Assembly: GCA_002633005.1 (NCBI GenBank)
Contig: NMRA01000244.1
Span: forward strand, 240,346-304,345
Direction of reading: 5' to 3'
Length of the DNA: 64,000 nucleotides
Source: Phoronis australis
Taxonomy: Eukaryota; Animalia; Phoronida
Part shown: positions 22,801-32,700 of the stretch, piece after piece
How the letters are laid out: each line of letters starts with the position of its first letter
Position numbering within the stretch: the first letter of the stretch is position 1
Made by a program: the position numbers and the translations under genes
Notes under the pieces: model-generated
Told to the model about the DNA's origin: nothing
The model's input: only the letters and a program-made list of their open reading frames with translations
Database searches by the model: none

Positions 22801-25800
22801 TGCACTGGACTTTTTGTAGGAAGACGTGATTTCAAGCAGTTCTCTTTAGAATATTCAATATGGCAGAAAGAATACAAATCTCATACGAACTTGTGTGAAA
22901 ATTTACGATAGAAAGATTTAATCCGAACTAAACTTCTCTAATTATACTTACGTAATGGAATTAATTTTAGTCACATTTGCTAATGCAGTCTTTTTCTCCA
23001 TCATAAATTTGTTCCCATTTAGTCTGAAGTAAATGATCTCTCCCACTGGGATTACACTAATTATGCAAAAAGCCAGAGGTAAGAATGTTCCTATGCCGTA
23101 AGAAATTCGTAACGGGAAAGCCCCGCATAATTGTCCCAGTTGGTCTGTGTAAGTAATTTAATAGTTTATGGTCCTAGCTGACAAGGTAATTATTTTACTC
23201 CCCCACATGAGTTTTGAATAGCCATGCCCGGAATGGCGTTGGCTCCCTGCAGGTGAACCTGCTTATGATAGCTACATTAACTTGTTAATTAGGCATGGTA
23301 CGGGCTTTGTTTTTTGAGAGTACTGATAAAATACTCAACAAATTACAATGACAATACAAATGCACTGGACTGAATTGAAAATCTTTTGATGGCTCATGTG
23401 GGGTTAGGGGTAAATATCTCAGATAACCATAATGATGCAGCACTTGGGGTCGGTGATTCTCAACGGGTGTCGATATGTGGGTCACAATAGCAGCAGATAA
23501 GATCATTTTACCTTGGTTTGTGGTGAGTTCAAGAGTAGCAGCTGGTTTTTCCATTGCGGTAATAGTCCTATCTCTTAAGGTGGAGAAGTTGATCTTTTCT
23601 GTAGGATAGTTGTTTTGGTTGATACCAAATTTCTCAGCAACACGGTGGGTCATTAACGTGCGTTGGGATCCATCATTAAATAATATGTTAACTTGGGTGT
23701 GGGCTGGTCCTCTCGATACGATGGTGACGGCGGTCTTCAGCAAGATTGGTCCTGACATGGGTGTCAGCTTCACATGTGTATCTTGGAGGGTTGGACTCGT
23801 AGGCGTATCGGCAGAGGATTTCGCTTGTTGAATCAATGGGGAATTCGGTGGCGATGGCTGATTGACGGTGGAATTGCACAACAAGGTGTGGTATTTCTGC
23901 CCACAGTTGCGACAGGAAAACTTTGATGGGCAACCTCGTTTCAGGTGTCAGTCAGACAAACAGTTAAAGCACAATCGAGCTTGTTTCACGATATCCTGTC
24001 GTTTTTTCACATCGGTCACAGATGTACACTGATTAGCAGTGTGACCTTGGTTACAAAAAATACATTTGGGTGAGCGCTGAGGCAGTATTTTATGTTGCAA
24101 GATCTGTTGGGTGTTGTTTCTTGGGTTGGGGTACTTATTGCCACTCGCAGTTGAACCGTATGTTGACCTTGGGCGATTCCCAGTATAAAAANTCCATTGC
24201 GGTAATAGTCCTATCTCCAAAGGTGGAGATGTTGATCTTTTCTGTAGGACAGTTGTTTTGGTTGATACCCAATTTCTCAGCAACACGGTGGGTCATTAAC
24301 GTGCCTTGGGATCCATCATTAAATAATATGTTAACTTGGGTGTGGGCTGATCCTCTCGATACGATGGTGACGGCGGTCTTCAGCAAGATTGGTCCTGACA
24401 TGGGTGTCAGCTTCACATGTGTATCTTGGACGGTTGGACTCGTAGGCGTATCGGCTTAGGATTTCGCTTGTTGAATCAATGGGGAATTCGGTGGCGATGG
24501 CTGATTGACGGTGGAATTGCACAACAAGGTGTGGTATTTCTGCCCACAGTTGCGACAGGAAAACTTTGATGGGCAACCTCGTTTCAGGTGTCAGTCAGAC
24601 AAACAGTTAAAGCACAATCGAGCTTGTTTCACGATATCCTGTCGTTTTTTCACATCGGTCACAGATGTACACTGATTAGCAGTGTGACCTTGGTTACAAA
24701 AAATACATTTGGGTGAGCGTTGAGGCAGTATTTTATGTTGCAAGATCTGTTGGGTGTTGTTTCTTGGGTTGGGGTACTTATTGCCACTCGCAGTTGAACC
24801 GTATGTTGACCTTGGGCGATTCCCAGTATAAAAAGCAGAAGTTGCATAAAAATCTGTACTTACATCAGTAGTTGTAGGATCTCCAGTATGGTTTGCCTTG
24901 ATCTCCTTGTCAAGGGCATTCATTAGTTGTTCGACGGACCATTTTTCTCCGACATGGTCACGATTTAATTGAATTAGCATATCCTTCAGTATATTTTGGC
25001 GTATGATGGTCACAAGCACATGATCTTGGGGGGCAACTTGTCCTAGGGTCTCTAAACCACGTAGGCACGTATTGACACTGTCGTGGCACCATCGGATGAG
25101 GGGGCAGGGATGTTCAGCAATGCTGTAGTGTAATGAGTTACTAGATCTTCAGTGTTACCATACCTGTCATTCAGTTGCTTCAAGGCCGCTTCATAGGAAT
25201 TGTTTGATAGTGGTAGACCTTCTATGACTTTGGTGGTGCCACCAGAGAGTTGGGCACATAAATATTGAAGCTTCTGGATCGGGGCAAGAGCGGCATCTTT
25301 ATGAACAACAGCTTTAAATGATTGGTAGAATTCTAACCATTTCAGTTGGTCTCCAGAGAACACAGGTAGATGCAGTTTTGGGAGGTTGATCGCCATCTTA
25401 GGCAGGTCTTTGGTCGGTGTTGTTGTCGAGATATTTGACTCACTTGAACTTGGTGCTTTGAAATGTATGTGTCATACGGTGGAACCTCATGTCTCGAAGC
25501 TGATTTTCCACTTCATCCAGGTAGGACTGCATTTCTTCTGCATACATATCTAGCAGGTCAAGGTCGATGTATTGCGCGTAGTTGTTGAACAGTACCGTTA
25601 CTGTTTTGATCTTTTCGTCTAGATCATCGATGTACTTCGCAAGTCGTAGTGTCACGTACGGTGTGTCCTCGTCTTGTTCCATAAGTTTCTGAGAGGCTTT
25701 CACAATCTGTGTGATTTGCCCTTTGATAGCTCTCCTTCTGAAGAAGTTCATTCTGGCATCTTGGCAGTTAACATCCATCCGCGCCACGGCACCAGCAATG

Positions 25801-27748
25801 CGGAGAACACGGCTCCAGTAATGTGGGGATAGGTCATGGTAGTATAGTTGGGTTACCCGGTTCTTGGTTGAATAATGGTAGATAGTTGGCTAACAAGGTA
25901 GCAACAGCAAGTCGATGGAGAGCAGCATAAAAACTAACACAGTTGTTGCGTTTCTACTAAGACGCACAAAGTTTGTTAACTCTAGCTACAACATGTATAT
26001 TATGAACAGAAATATGTGTCGGTTGTGAGTGCAAAACAACAACAATATTGAGAGTTACGGTGATTTCATCAAACTCATAAACATGAATGGAGCCTGGACA
26101 GCTGTCTGGCATATAGGGTTTCACTATGAGTGGACACTGGTCACTGACATAGTAAACAACAACATAAGATGTCCTGGAATTGTTATGTAACATAAATTGT
26201 TTTGCTGGGATAGTTGTACGTCATAGGAAATGATGAAACTTGCACTTAATTAACTTTGTGAGAATTCGTGACAATTTTCAACAAAGGCTTAGTGTTTTCT
26301 ATCTCTATCTATATCTTTTGTAACACTTCACACCCAAAGTCCAGTATTCTGAAGTGATGCACGTTACGAAACTAAAAGTGTAATGGTGAGAAGTGTATGC
26401 ACAAGATGCAGCGCCGAGGTCTCTCTGCAGTTACTTTTGTACGGCTGCAATATGCCAATGGAGGCTGCCTGCACATTCTTGATAAGATCATTCATTTAGT
26501 GCCAATCATCCAGTAATAATTAAGTGATTGACATTAGATTAGTCCTGTTGGAGTGTTGAATGAGTACCGTGTCGAACCTGCAGTCATAATCCTAGATTCG
26601 GCACTGGTTGGATACTCGCTGATTACCTGCGTGCTGATAGGTGGTAGCCAGCACACAGGTATCACTTAATATTCCTTGGGAAATTTTTCTACATCAGTGT
26701 TTCTGATTGGCTGGTCCAATTCTCAACAGGCAGCGTTTTACGCAAACAAACTGGCATGACTCAGGAAGTGTAAATGTGACTTGTGGTACAGACAAATCGG
26801 TGCTTAAAATTCATGTTCAAAGAAATGTGAATCTCAGAAAATTGTGGTTGCGTCTTTTCGGAGTGCATCTTTCCACTGTCGCTGACATTTGTATACGTTG
26901 CTGTCCTGTATTCATACAGTATGAATAACACACTAGTTAAATCAGCCATACGACAGCTTGTTTATTTTACATGTATGTACTTCAAGCACGCAGCTTAATT
27001 AAACATTAGGCCTACTGCAGAAACGAAATAGTTGCTGCTATGCCACTTGCATGACAAGGCTAAAAATCGTTCATAATCTGCCATTTTCTCACTTTGTTTT
27101 AAAGCTAACCAATGACTGCCGAGGTTACATCAACCAATGATTAAGTGCGTGCTACTGCGTGCTACATGCGTGCTAGCTACCATCCAGCGGCACACAGTCA
27201 CAGGAAACCAGCGAGCGAGTGGTCAGATATGTAGTGGACACTGATTTTGAGACTCACTTTCATTCAATGAATAGCGTTACTGATTGCCTGGTGATCAAAA
27301 TCAGGGACCGACCAGTGTACCTGCATGAATGAACTCAATTTTGCGATCTGCAATTAGTGAGTATTTAACAATGCAAGTAACAGCATAATCTAAACATTTT
27401 CTCGATGATCTAAAACATCAAATTTACAGCGTAAAAAAAGGCGGAAAACTTTTACGAATTGGCATTTATGAATGCGAGCTGGATTTTGAAAATGCGACCT
27501 GGGATTTTGGCTAGGTCGTAAAATGCGACCTGGCGATTTTAATAGCGTCGAGCCCTGTGCATGTGTGTAATCGCATCCATGGTGCTAGCCCCCAACTTAT
27601 TTCAGGGCTGTGCCGCCCATGGTCCTTGGGCAGCACACCATAGGGAGCTGGAATGAGATATATCCCCCCAATTATTTCAGAGGTGCGTCTCCCATCTGAT
27701 TACGTGAGAGGACATTACCTCGAAAACAACTTCTTCGTCTTCTTCCAT
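1840..27748 (-). CDS. VEZT: Vezatin, 11 coding exons
   Basis: Exons 5'->3': 27719-27748 (MEEDEEVVFE), 21161-21262 (NSCLHKYL), 19950-20024, 18658-18800 (LLEDDDVRFL), 17905-18144 (hydrophobic segments; RKSIKLLQEMEVVSRGY), 11123-11408 or 8365-8650, 10272-10362 or 7004-7094 (SEFLHRVAL), 6220-6448, 3928-4076, 2999-3186 (EDQVFEGH), 1840-2796 (LLSELKSVI...FASNIAAMVA...EETFGD). All GT-AG and phase-consistent. Motifs match vezatin (EEVVFENSPL, RLIQETEVISRG, SEFFRRLAL, EQTFG). Confidence 0.9.
2433..2685 (-). repeat. In-frame 27-bp coding minisatellite (about 9 x QAGTCPTSG) in the last vezatin exon
   Basis: Unit like ccagcctgcccacttgtaggacatgtg; visible in the translation of ORF 1840-2811. Confidence 0.9.
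3676..3800. repeat. 27-bp tandem repeat with a single-n junction at 3763
   Basis: caaactgcagacccatagccagcccct repeated about 4 times. Confidence 0.8.
4219..5263. mobile_element. Non-autonomous Kolobok-type DNA transposon
   Basis: Perfect 16-bp TIR GGTTATCTCCAACCTT...AAGGTTGGAGATAACC, flanked by TTAA at 4215-4218 and 5264-5267. RR...YY termini with TTAA fit Kolobok rather than piggyBac (CCY). No transposase ORF. Confidence 0.75.
6351..11842. repeat. Direct duplication (6351-9072 vs 9617-11842) containing vezatin exons 6 and 7 and part of exon 8; probable haplotype-overlap artefact
   Basis: Near-identical copies joined at a single n (9616); the second copy starts mid-exon 8. Confidence 0.85.
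9073..9615. mobile_element. PIF/Harbinger-like MITE, same family as 1-713, truncated at n
   Basis: TAA|GGGCTGTTCCAGTAAAATC. The right subterminal block matches 643-690. Absent from the homologous site at about 11840. Confidence 0.7.
11881..12238 (-). pseudogene. Possible two-exon coding remnant of unknown family in vezatin intron 5
   Basis: 12134-12238 (AG...GTAAGT) and 11881-12009 (CAG...GTATGA) splice in phase 2 to FIAGVWGLFGDKFKEFFREIQTGEPRSVLFRLGIRLLVLKEYYKDVHFDRMANPSKTRPFHVSQEMLLQQVKSDW*. No start exon found. Confidence 0.3.
12606..12930 (+). repeat. Old dispersed repeat; second copy at about 46446-46772
   Basis: Shared blocks such as gattttggtgatt, cccagtcaggct, gcaattatcgaacaaaa, agaatggagttaatcagtcgtg. 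Confidence 0.75.
12935..13198. mobile_element. Short non-autonomous TIR element
   Basis: TIR CTCACAGCAAAAAATTAAAGG...CCTTTAATTTTTTTGCTGTGAG, flanked by TGTG on both sides (possibly decayed Tc1-type ends). Confidence 0.6.
13237..13518. mobile_element. MITE with about 30-bp TIRs and internal ACACGTTTG repeats
   Basis: cccgggtgagaactttacacgtttgacacgct ... agcgtgtcaaatgtgtcaaattctcacccaggg; inner inverted pair aaacgtggagtattggaa/ttccaatactccacgttt. Confidence 0.7.
15256..16863 (-). CDS. Intronless DEG/ENaC (ASIC/FaNaC-superfamily) channel subunit nested in vezatin intron 5
   Basis: 535-aa uninterrupted ORF: F..TTAHG gating motif, TM1 (RRTLWSLLVAVC), FPVITVCN, YNC, GVKMMIH, Cys-rich thumb, C..PC...Y, WPS, TM2 LSNIGGLVGILMGVSVITVFE. 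The true start may be the ATG at 16812 or 16761. Confidence 0.93.
   Translation of the reverse strand: MGPFRIQTKKCNVLFYIMKSVDRASGYTLCCHTVMPCAKEKDSVQSIWTNFCQTTTAHGLSRIPGSASTVRRTLWSLLVAVCMIGAVIGVVSITLCYVKFRYTVISMNELRTNIRFPVITVCNEMPYDLARVNYSQVEDFFDSLGITNESCDSEFTFRHIRTRLDPAVRPRVLYEYNPDVTTLLGQNLEDFVIECVYQGKSCKISNVTLTVFKDPLHYNCVKVQVPNDIPIRMQEYGALSLTLYVGDGVDFSHGKYTRYLDTGGKVGVKMMIHPEGTHPYWSKVVHVTVGQMAAVVVKPREIQRLEWPYSSRCIKDPPAIHSPTTNISYTYSYQLCLLKCYNRLVAETCNCLPGPVITDTLGIDLPYCGASPCNRSKIVEKMNCKLNLTLAFQERRVSKLCPECRLPCLVQLYDSHVHMSKWPSNFRFFATASKLELQSRKIPISMKRDNSALQSYIRQNFLKVDISMKSLLTVVEMEQESTDQFTFLSNIGGLVGILMGVSVITVFEVIELICACLSKCVKRRKDKVVPFGGKL
19021..19915. mobile_element. Helentron-associated non-autonomous element (HINE/DINE-1/pearl-like) spanning the N gap
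   Basis: AACAAGAG end with subterminal repeat aatgcgcccaca; (GGAC)n microsatellite near 19845-19868; terminal hairpin atgcgtccacatat-aa-atatgtgggcgcat (19883-19912); A-rich flanks. Confidence 0.7.
19314..19651. other. Assembly gap (N run)
   Basis: Run of n. Confidence 0.99.
21281..21400. repeat. 29-bp tandem repeat (4 copies) just upstream of the vezatin exon 2 acceptor
   Basis: aagacaatggtcagta(t/c)(a/c)actaacacata units. Confidence 0.85.
23370..26192 (-). mobile_element. Degenerate, 3'-truncated BEL/Pao LTR retrotransposon (putative 5' LTR, PBS, gag, protease) in vezatin intron 1
   Basis: Broken ORFs 25440-25787, 25052-25396 (DUF1759-like LPKLHLPVFSGDQLKWLEFYQSF...QKLQYL) and 24591-25019 (zinc knuckles CIFCNQGHTANQC, CFNCL, then CRNC..YHTLLC). 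Pao-type protease ILLKTA...VNILFNDGSQRT has catalytic D->N. PBS TGGTGCCGTGGCGCGGAT at 25777-25794. Putative LTR TGTTAC...CACA at 26192-25822. No RT, integrase or 3' LTR seen. Confidence 0.88.
23550..24834. repeat. 643-bp direct duplication across a single n (24192); probable assembly overlap
   Basis: 23550-24191 vs 24193-24834; duplicate ORFs in the track are offset by exactly 643. Confidence 0.88.
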
Positions 27749-27995
27749 GTTCTAGGCTTTAGTTCGCTGCCGCTAGATGACACTGTGCTGGAGTGGACTG
27801 TGCTGTCGTCAATTATTTTGACCTGTAGTTTTTAAACATTTTCAAAATATTTTTTCAAGTGAAAAAATTATTAACGATTCCCGTGCGAAAGATCTCGTGG
27901 TCGATAACACTGCATTCTAATTCTAGGAGTTGAGTTATGATTTACGACACTCGATGCTTTACGATTCAATATGGTAGCCCCCAAGAGGTGACGAG
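27749..27995. promoter_or_regulatory. Putative bidirectional promoter and 5' UTRs between vezatin and CDC123
   Basis: Divergent ATGs at 27748 (-) and 27996 (+), separated by 247 bp. Confidence 0.75.
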
Positions 27996-29740
27996 ATGAA
28001 AAAACAAGGTGTTAAAAATTGTGCATTTTCTTCGTGGTACAACATATTTAAGGAGTTTACAATCAAAAGGTACTACATGTCGTTTCCACTTTGCGTTTTA
28101 AAATATCACCACTCTTGTCAAGTCCTGATTTTTTGTCAGGAAGTCTACGAGCTAGCTAGGCAATGACCATCGCCTCTGGCTCTGTTGGCCCGAAGCAGAG
28201 GCGATGTAGAGGCTATAGGCGCTCTGTACGCCGGAAGCTTTTCGGCGAATTATGCCTCGCACCGACTAAACCATCAAAGTCACGTTGTTATAAATACCTT
28301 TTGCGCATAGAGGAACACCTTAGGAGGTTGTCGATGTGTTTAATTCCTGCCAACTCGAACAAATACTCCCGTTATGAAACGATTTTGGGAACTGAAATAG
28401 GGACTGCTCGAAGAAAAAGTTTCATGGAAGGAATTAAACACATCGACAACCTCCTAAGGTGTTCCTCTATGCGCAAAAGGTATTTATAACAACGTGACTT
28501 TGATGGTTTAGTCGGTGCGAGGCATAATTCGCCGAAAAGCTTCCGGCGTACAGAGCGCCTATAGCCTCTACATCGCCTCTGCTTCGGGCCAACAGAGGCG
28601 ATGGTCATTGCCTACGAGCTAGCTAGCTTGTTGAATGTCAAAAGTTGAAGAAAACACAGCCAGCTATGTACGAGTACGATGGGGTTAAAATTTATCAGTT
28701 CAGTGTAAAGGAACCTCGCTCTTTCATTTTTTTGCGACTCTGCTTCCCTGTCACAGCGGAAGCTTAATCAACATTTAGCAACTCCAACCAGACTTAAACT
28801 TTTACAACTCCGACATTTGAATCAAATGACACCTACCGTCAGAGGTCCTAAAGTCGTGAGTGCCCTCAAGTCGTGAACGTTCTTATTTCCGCTTCTGCCC
28901 GGTCCTGCGACATCTACCGTTGAAGTTTCTAGCGTTCGTCTGCCGATGAACATCAAACGAATACGTGTTGATATTCACAATATAAAAATAAACAGTGAGT
29001 GAGTGGCTTCTTTTTAAAAATGTATCTTAAAACAGCATATTTCACTAATTCACTTTGTTGTGCATTTTCAGAATGTATTTTTGAAACTAAACATCATTCA
29101 GATTTGATGTAGCACATGCTCCAGGGAAGGCTTGAACAATGTATCAAAATGTCCCAGGGTCGATCAAGTTTTGTAAGGCCAAAGCAATAAAATACAGAGT
29201 GATAATTGACGCTTGGTTCTTAGCGTTTTACATGAATAACCTCATTGAAAATGTCTGTGCACATCAAAGTAGGGTGAAAAACATACAACAGTTTATTTCA
29301 ATTGAAACTGAATTAATAAACAATGCAATGCATATTTATGTCGTTTAGAGTAACTGTAAGCACTGTCGATTTGTGTGGTCTTCGTGCATTTCCGTCTAAA
29401 TGAAAGAGTCACGACTTTAGGGCCTCATTCAAAATGTCCAGCGATATCAGCAACTGTTTCAAAACTCTGCTTACGGAGACAAACAAGGGTTAAGATTGGC
29501 AAAAAACGTATATTTGTGAAGGCTGATGTATGTCCATGACATCACATGAGCAGTTGCTAATGGACATTGGGCAGTATGACAATCAGCTGCTAATTATGCT
29601 TATATTCACGACTAGGTCACCGGTGTCTACCTTGTCTTGTGTCTGTTCCGACTTCCAGTCACAATCTGGTGAACGTCATTTTTTCACATCACTCTCCCAC
29701 TGTTGGATCAAAGTAAAGTCAGACTGTACGCTGATGACAT

Positions 29741-29793
<53 letters not shown>

Positions 29794-32700
29794 CACACAC
29801 ACACACGCACACACACACACACACACACACCATTTGCTCTATTTTTGGATTTGGTAAAGTGACATCTTTTGGGAGATGATAACAAATTTGGCAAAGTACA
29901 TCCCAAGGACTTCAGTTCCCTGGTAGTAAAGTCCTCAAAACAACTAACACACTGTTATGAAGTGTGCCCAATTAATGTGATGAGCAACAGTGGATTGAAA
30001 AATCAACAAAAACTTAGATTGTCCAACAGATGGTGCTTAACTTCATGTTACTTTACATTAATTTTACACGATTGCTTCACAAATTTAACTGCAGACCAAC
30101 CACCAGACCAGTGGCGTTCATTCCGTGGCAATTACTAATTAAATTAATTAAGGAGTAGTTTAGTTCATAATGATTACTAATTTTTCCACTATTTTATTTT
30201 GCTCACTTAACTTTTACCCATATAGTTCTAAGCTTTGTACCAACGCATAGTGTGTATACCCTTTGTACCAATGCATAGTGTGTACATCCTTTGTACCAAC
30301 GCATAGTGTGTACACCCTTTGTACCAACGCATAGTGTGTACACCCTTTGTACCAACACATAGTGTGTACACCCTTTCTCAAATTCGCAATTTCAAGTTTG
30401 GCAGCCCTTATATACTCTAAAACCTTTTCTTGAGGTGTTATTGGTTTCATGTTTATCAATAACAGACGTATAGTCCTCTCACATTGGTAAGGAATATTTT
30501 TAGACTAATTATGTATACAATTACGACCTTAAGTTGCTCAATTCATTTTTCATTTTTCATTTTTGGCAGATAAATGCTGAAGATATGCAGTTTTAACCAA
30601 TGAATGATCTTATTGTTAATAGCGATAGAGGATGTACTACAGGCATCTTCTCAACCCTATCTAAAATTGTTGCTGCGCAATACTGCCGATGTCTGTTCCA
30701 GAACCTACAACCCCACTTGGTCCACAAAAACTGGGGTAGTGTGAAATCTCAACAATTACAGACAAAAATTGATTGCACAAATTGGCCAAGTATTTCTAAC
30801 ATAGGTGTAATTAAACACATTTTCACAACATTTGATGGTAGCTATGGTTACAGAACTTGAACATGGTATAGCTTTTTTTGGCATTAAGCTTTCATGGAAA
30901 AAAGTTGAAATGAAATTTCACTTGCTGGTCATATTGTGTTCTAAATTGGTCAGATTTTGTCTTTTTATTTTGTGGTTTAAAATTTGTTTAATTGTAATGC
31001 ATTCCACATGTAAAGTATAATACCACTTGTAATGTATACCACTTGTAATGTATACCACTTGTAATGTATACTACTTGTAATGTATACCACTTGTAATGCA
31101 TACCACTTGTAATGTATACCACTTGTAATGTATACCACTTGTGTCCATTTCAGCTGTATTCTGCCTCTACCTCAAGAGTTTATACATTACCTGAACACAG
31201 ATGGAATTGTGTTACCTGTCGAGTGAGTAGTCCTTTAAATTAGGAAAAAAGTATATTTTCCATTTAAAATTTATCGTGCATCGTGCTTGCCTATCAGTGA
31301 TGATCTAATCTCTTTGCAGAACAAACTATTTACATTACATTAAGCACTCGATACAAGTTATAAATGACAAGGAATGAAGACTATGAAACATAATTATTTC
31401 AGATTAGGTATTTAGCAAGAGACTGCACTAAAGAATCTAGCCTGGTATTGAACCTGTGATCTGAAGATTAGGAGGCTTCAGCTCTACCACTAGGTCACAC
31501 TGTCTAATCTAGCCTGGTATTGAACCTGTGGTCTGTAGATTAGGAGGCTTCAGCTCTACCACTAGGTCACACTGTCTAATCTAGCCTGGTATTGAACCTG
31601 TGGTCTGTAGATTAGGAGGCTTCAGCTCTACCACTAGGTCACACTGTCTAATCTAGGCTGGTATTGAACCTGTGGTCTGTAGATTAGGAGGCTTCAGCTC
31701 TACCACTAGGTCACACTGTCTAATCTAGGCTGGTATTGAACCTGTGATCTGAAGATTAGGAGGCTTCAGCTCTACCACTAGGCCACACTGTTTAAGTTTT
31801 GTTTTCATACAAAAAGTGGGGTTATTAGTCACGTCACTGTTGATTTCAGGTCGCTAAATAACCACAGCCAAAGTGAAAGTGAAGATAATGAGGTAAATGA
31901 CAAATAAATCTGCCTGTGTCTAGATCATTGGTTATTGTCGATTCTGACGTTTCCAAGGAGATGCCAATAAAAGTTTGCAAAACAGCACAATACAAGAATG
32001 TACTGAAGGAAAGTGTTGTCCACTTTCAACGTAACACTGAATTGTTAATAAAAACAACAACAGATTTAAACCGCCTTGACATGTTTTGGCATCAGATGGT
32101 GTTTCAATAAACGCCAAACTTATCAAGCCAGTTTAAATCTGTCATTTTTATTAAGACAATCATGCTGCTACTTGCTATCATGGAGAACACTGAATTGTGC
32201 TTTATGAGCTTCTACTGCTCAGAAAAAATAAATTTGACCTAGATTGGACAGAAAACTGACAGACGTCGACTTTTTGTGTTGAAATACAAATTTGTTACAT
32301 TTAGATTGCTGGCAGCTGAATCAAAATTTGTATGGTACACCCCATGCACCCTTTGGGCAACGCTCAGGTGTCTTTGCATTCACTCGAGACTTTGTGAATT
32401 AGGAAATGTCACGTACAAACAGTTGTTGTTTATGAACCATGTCGTCATGCCACCTGGTGTTAGATGTTATGACTAATTGCTTTCAATGGCAAGTCTGAAG
32501 TGATTGTGTCCAAACTGAGGCTCACATGTGGCACCCTGGGCTAACTGTGCTGGTCATGTTGATATACCTATGAACTCTATCTACACTCTGTTTTACATCG
32601 CTTATTAATACTGAACAATTAATTTGACAGGTGGACTGGGACAGTGATGTTCCCACAGCAAAGGTAAGAGTTAGGAAGCATGTATGTTGAACCAATGCAG

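Noticed and set aside
27048-27563. Possible hAT-like element ending ...GAGCCCTG
   Set aside because: The right end looks TIR-like, but the left TIR and TSD are too degenerate to call.
28163-28608. Pair of similar 108-aa and 78-aa ORFs on opposite strands
   Set aside because: Mirror translations of the foldback TIRs; no recognisable domain.
31434-31791. Functional tRNA-Arg gene cluster
   Set aside because: Acceptor stem unpaired, T-stem mismatched, no oligo-T terminators between units.
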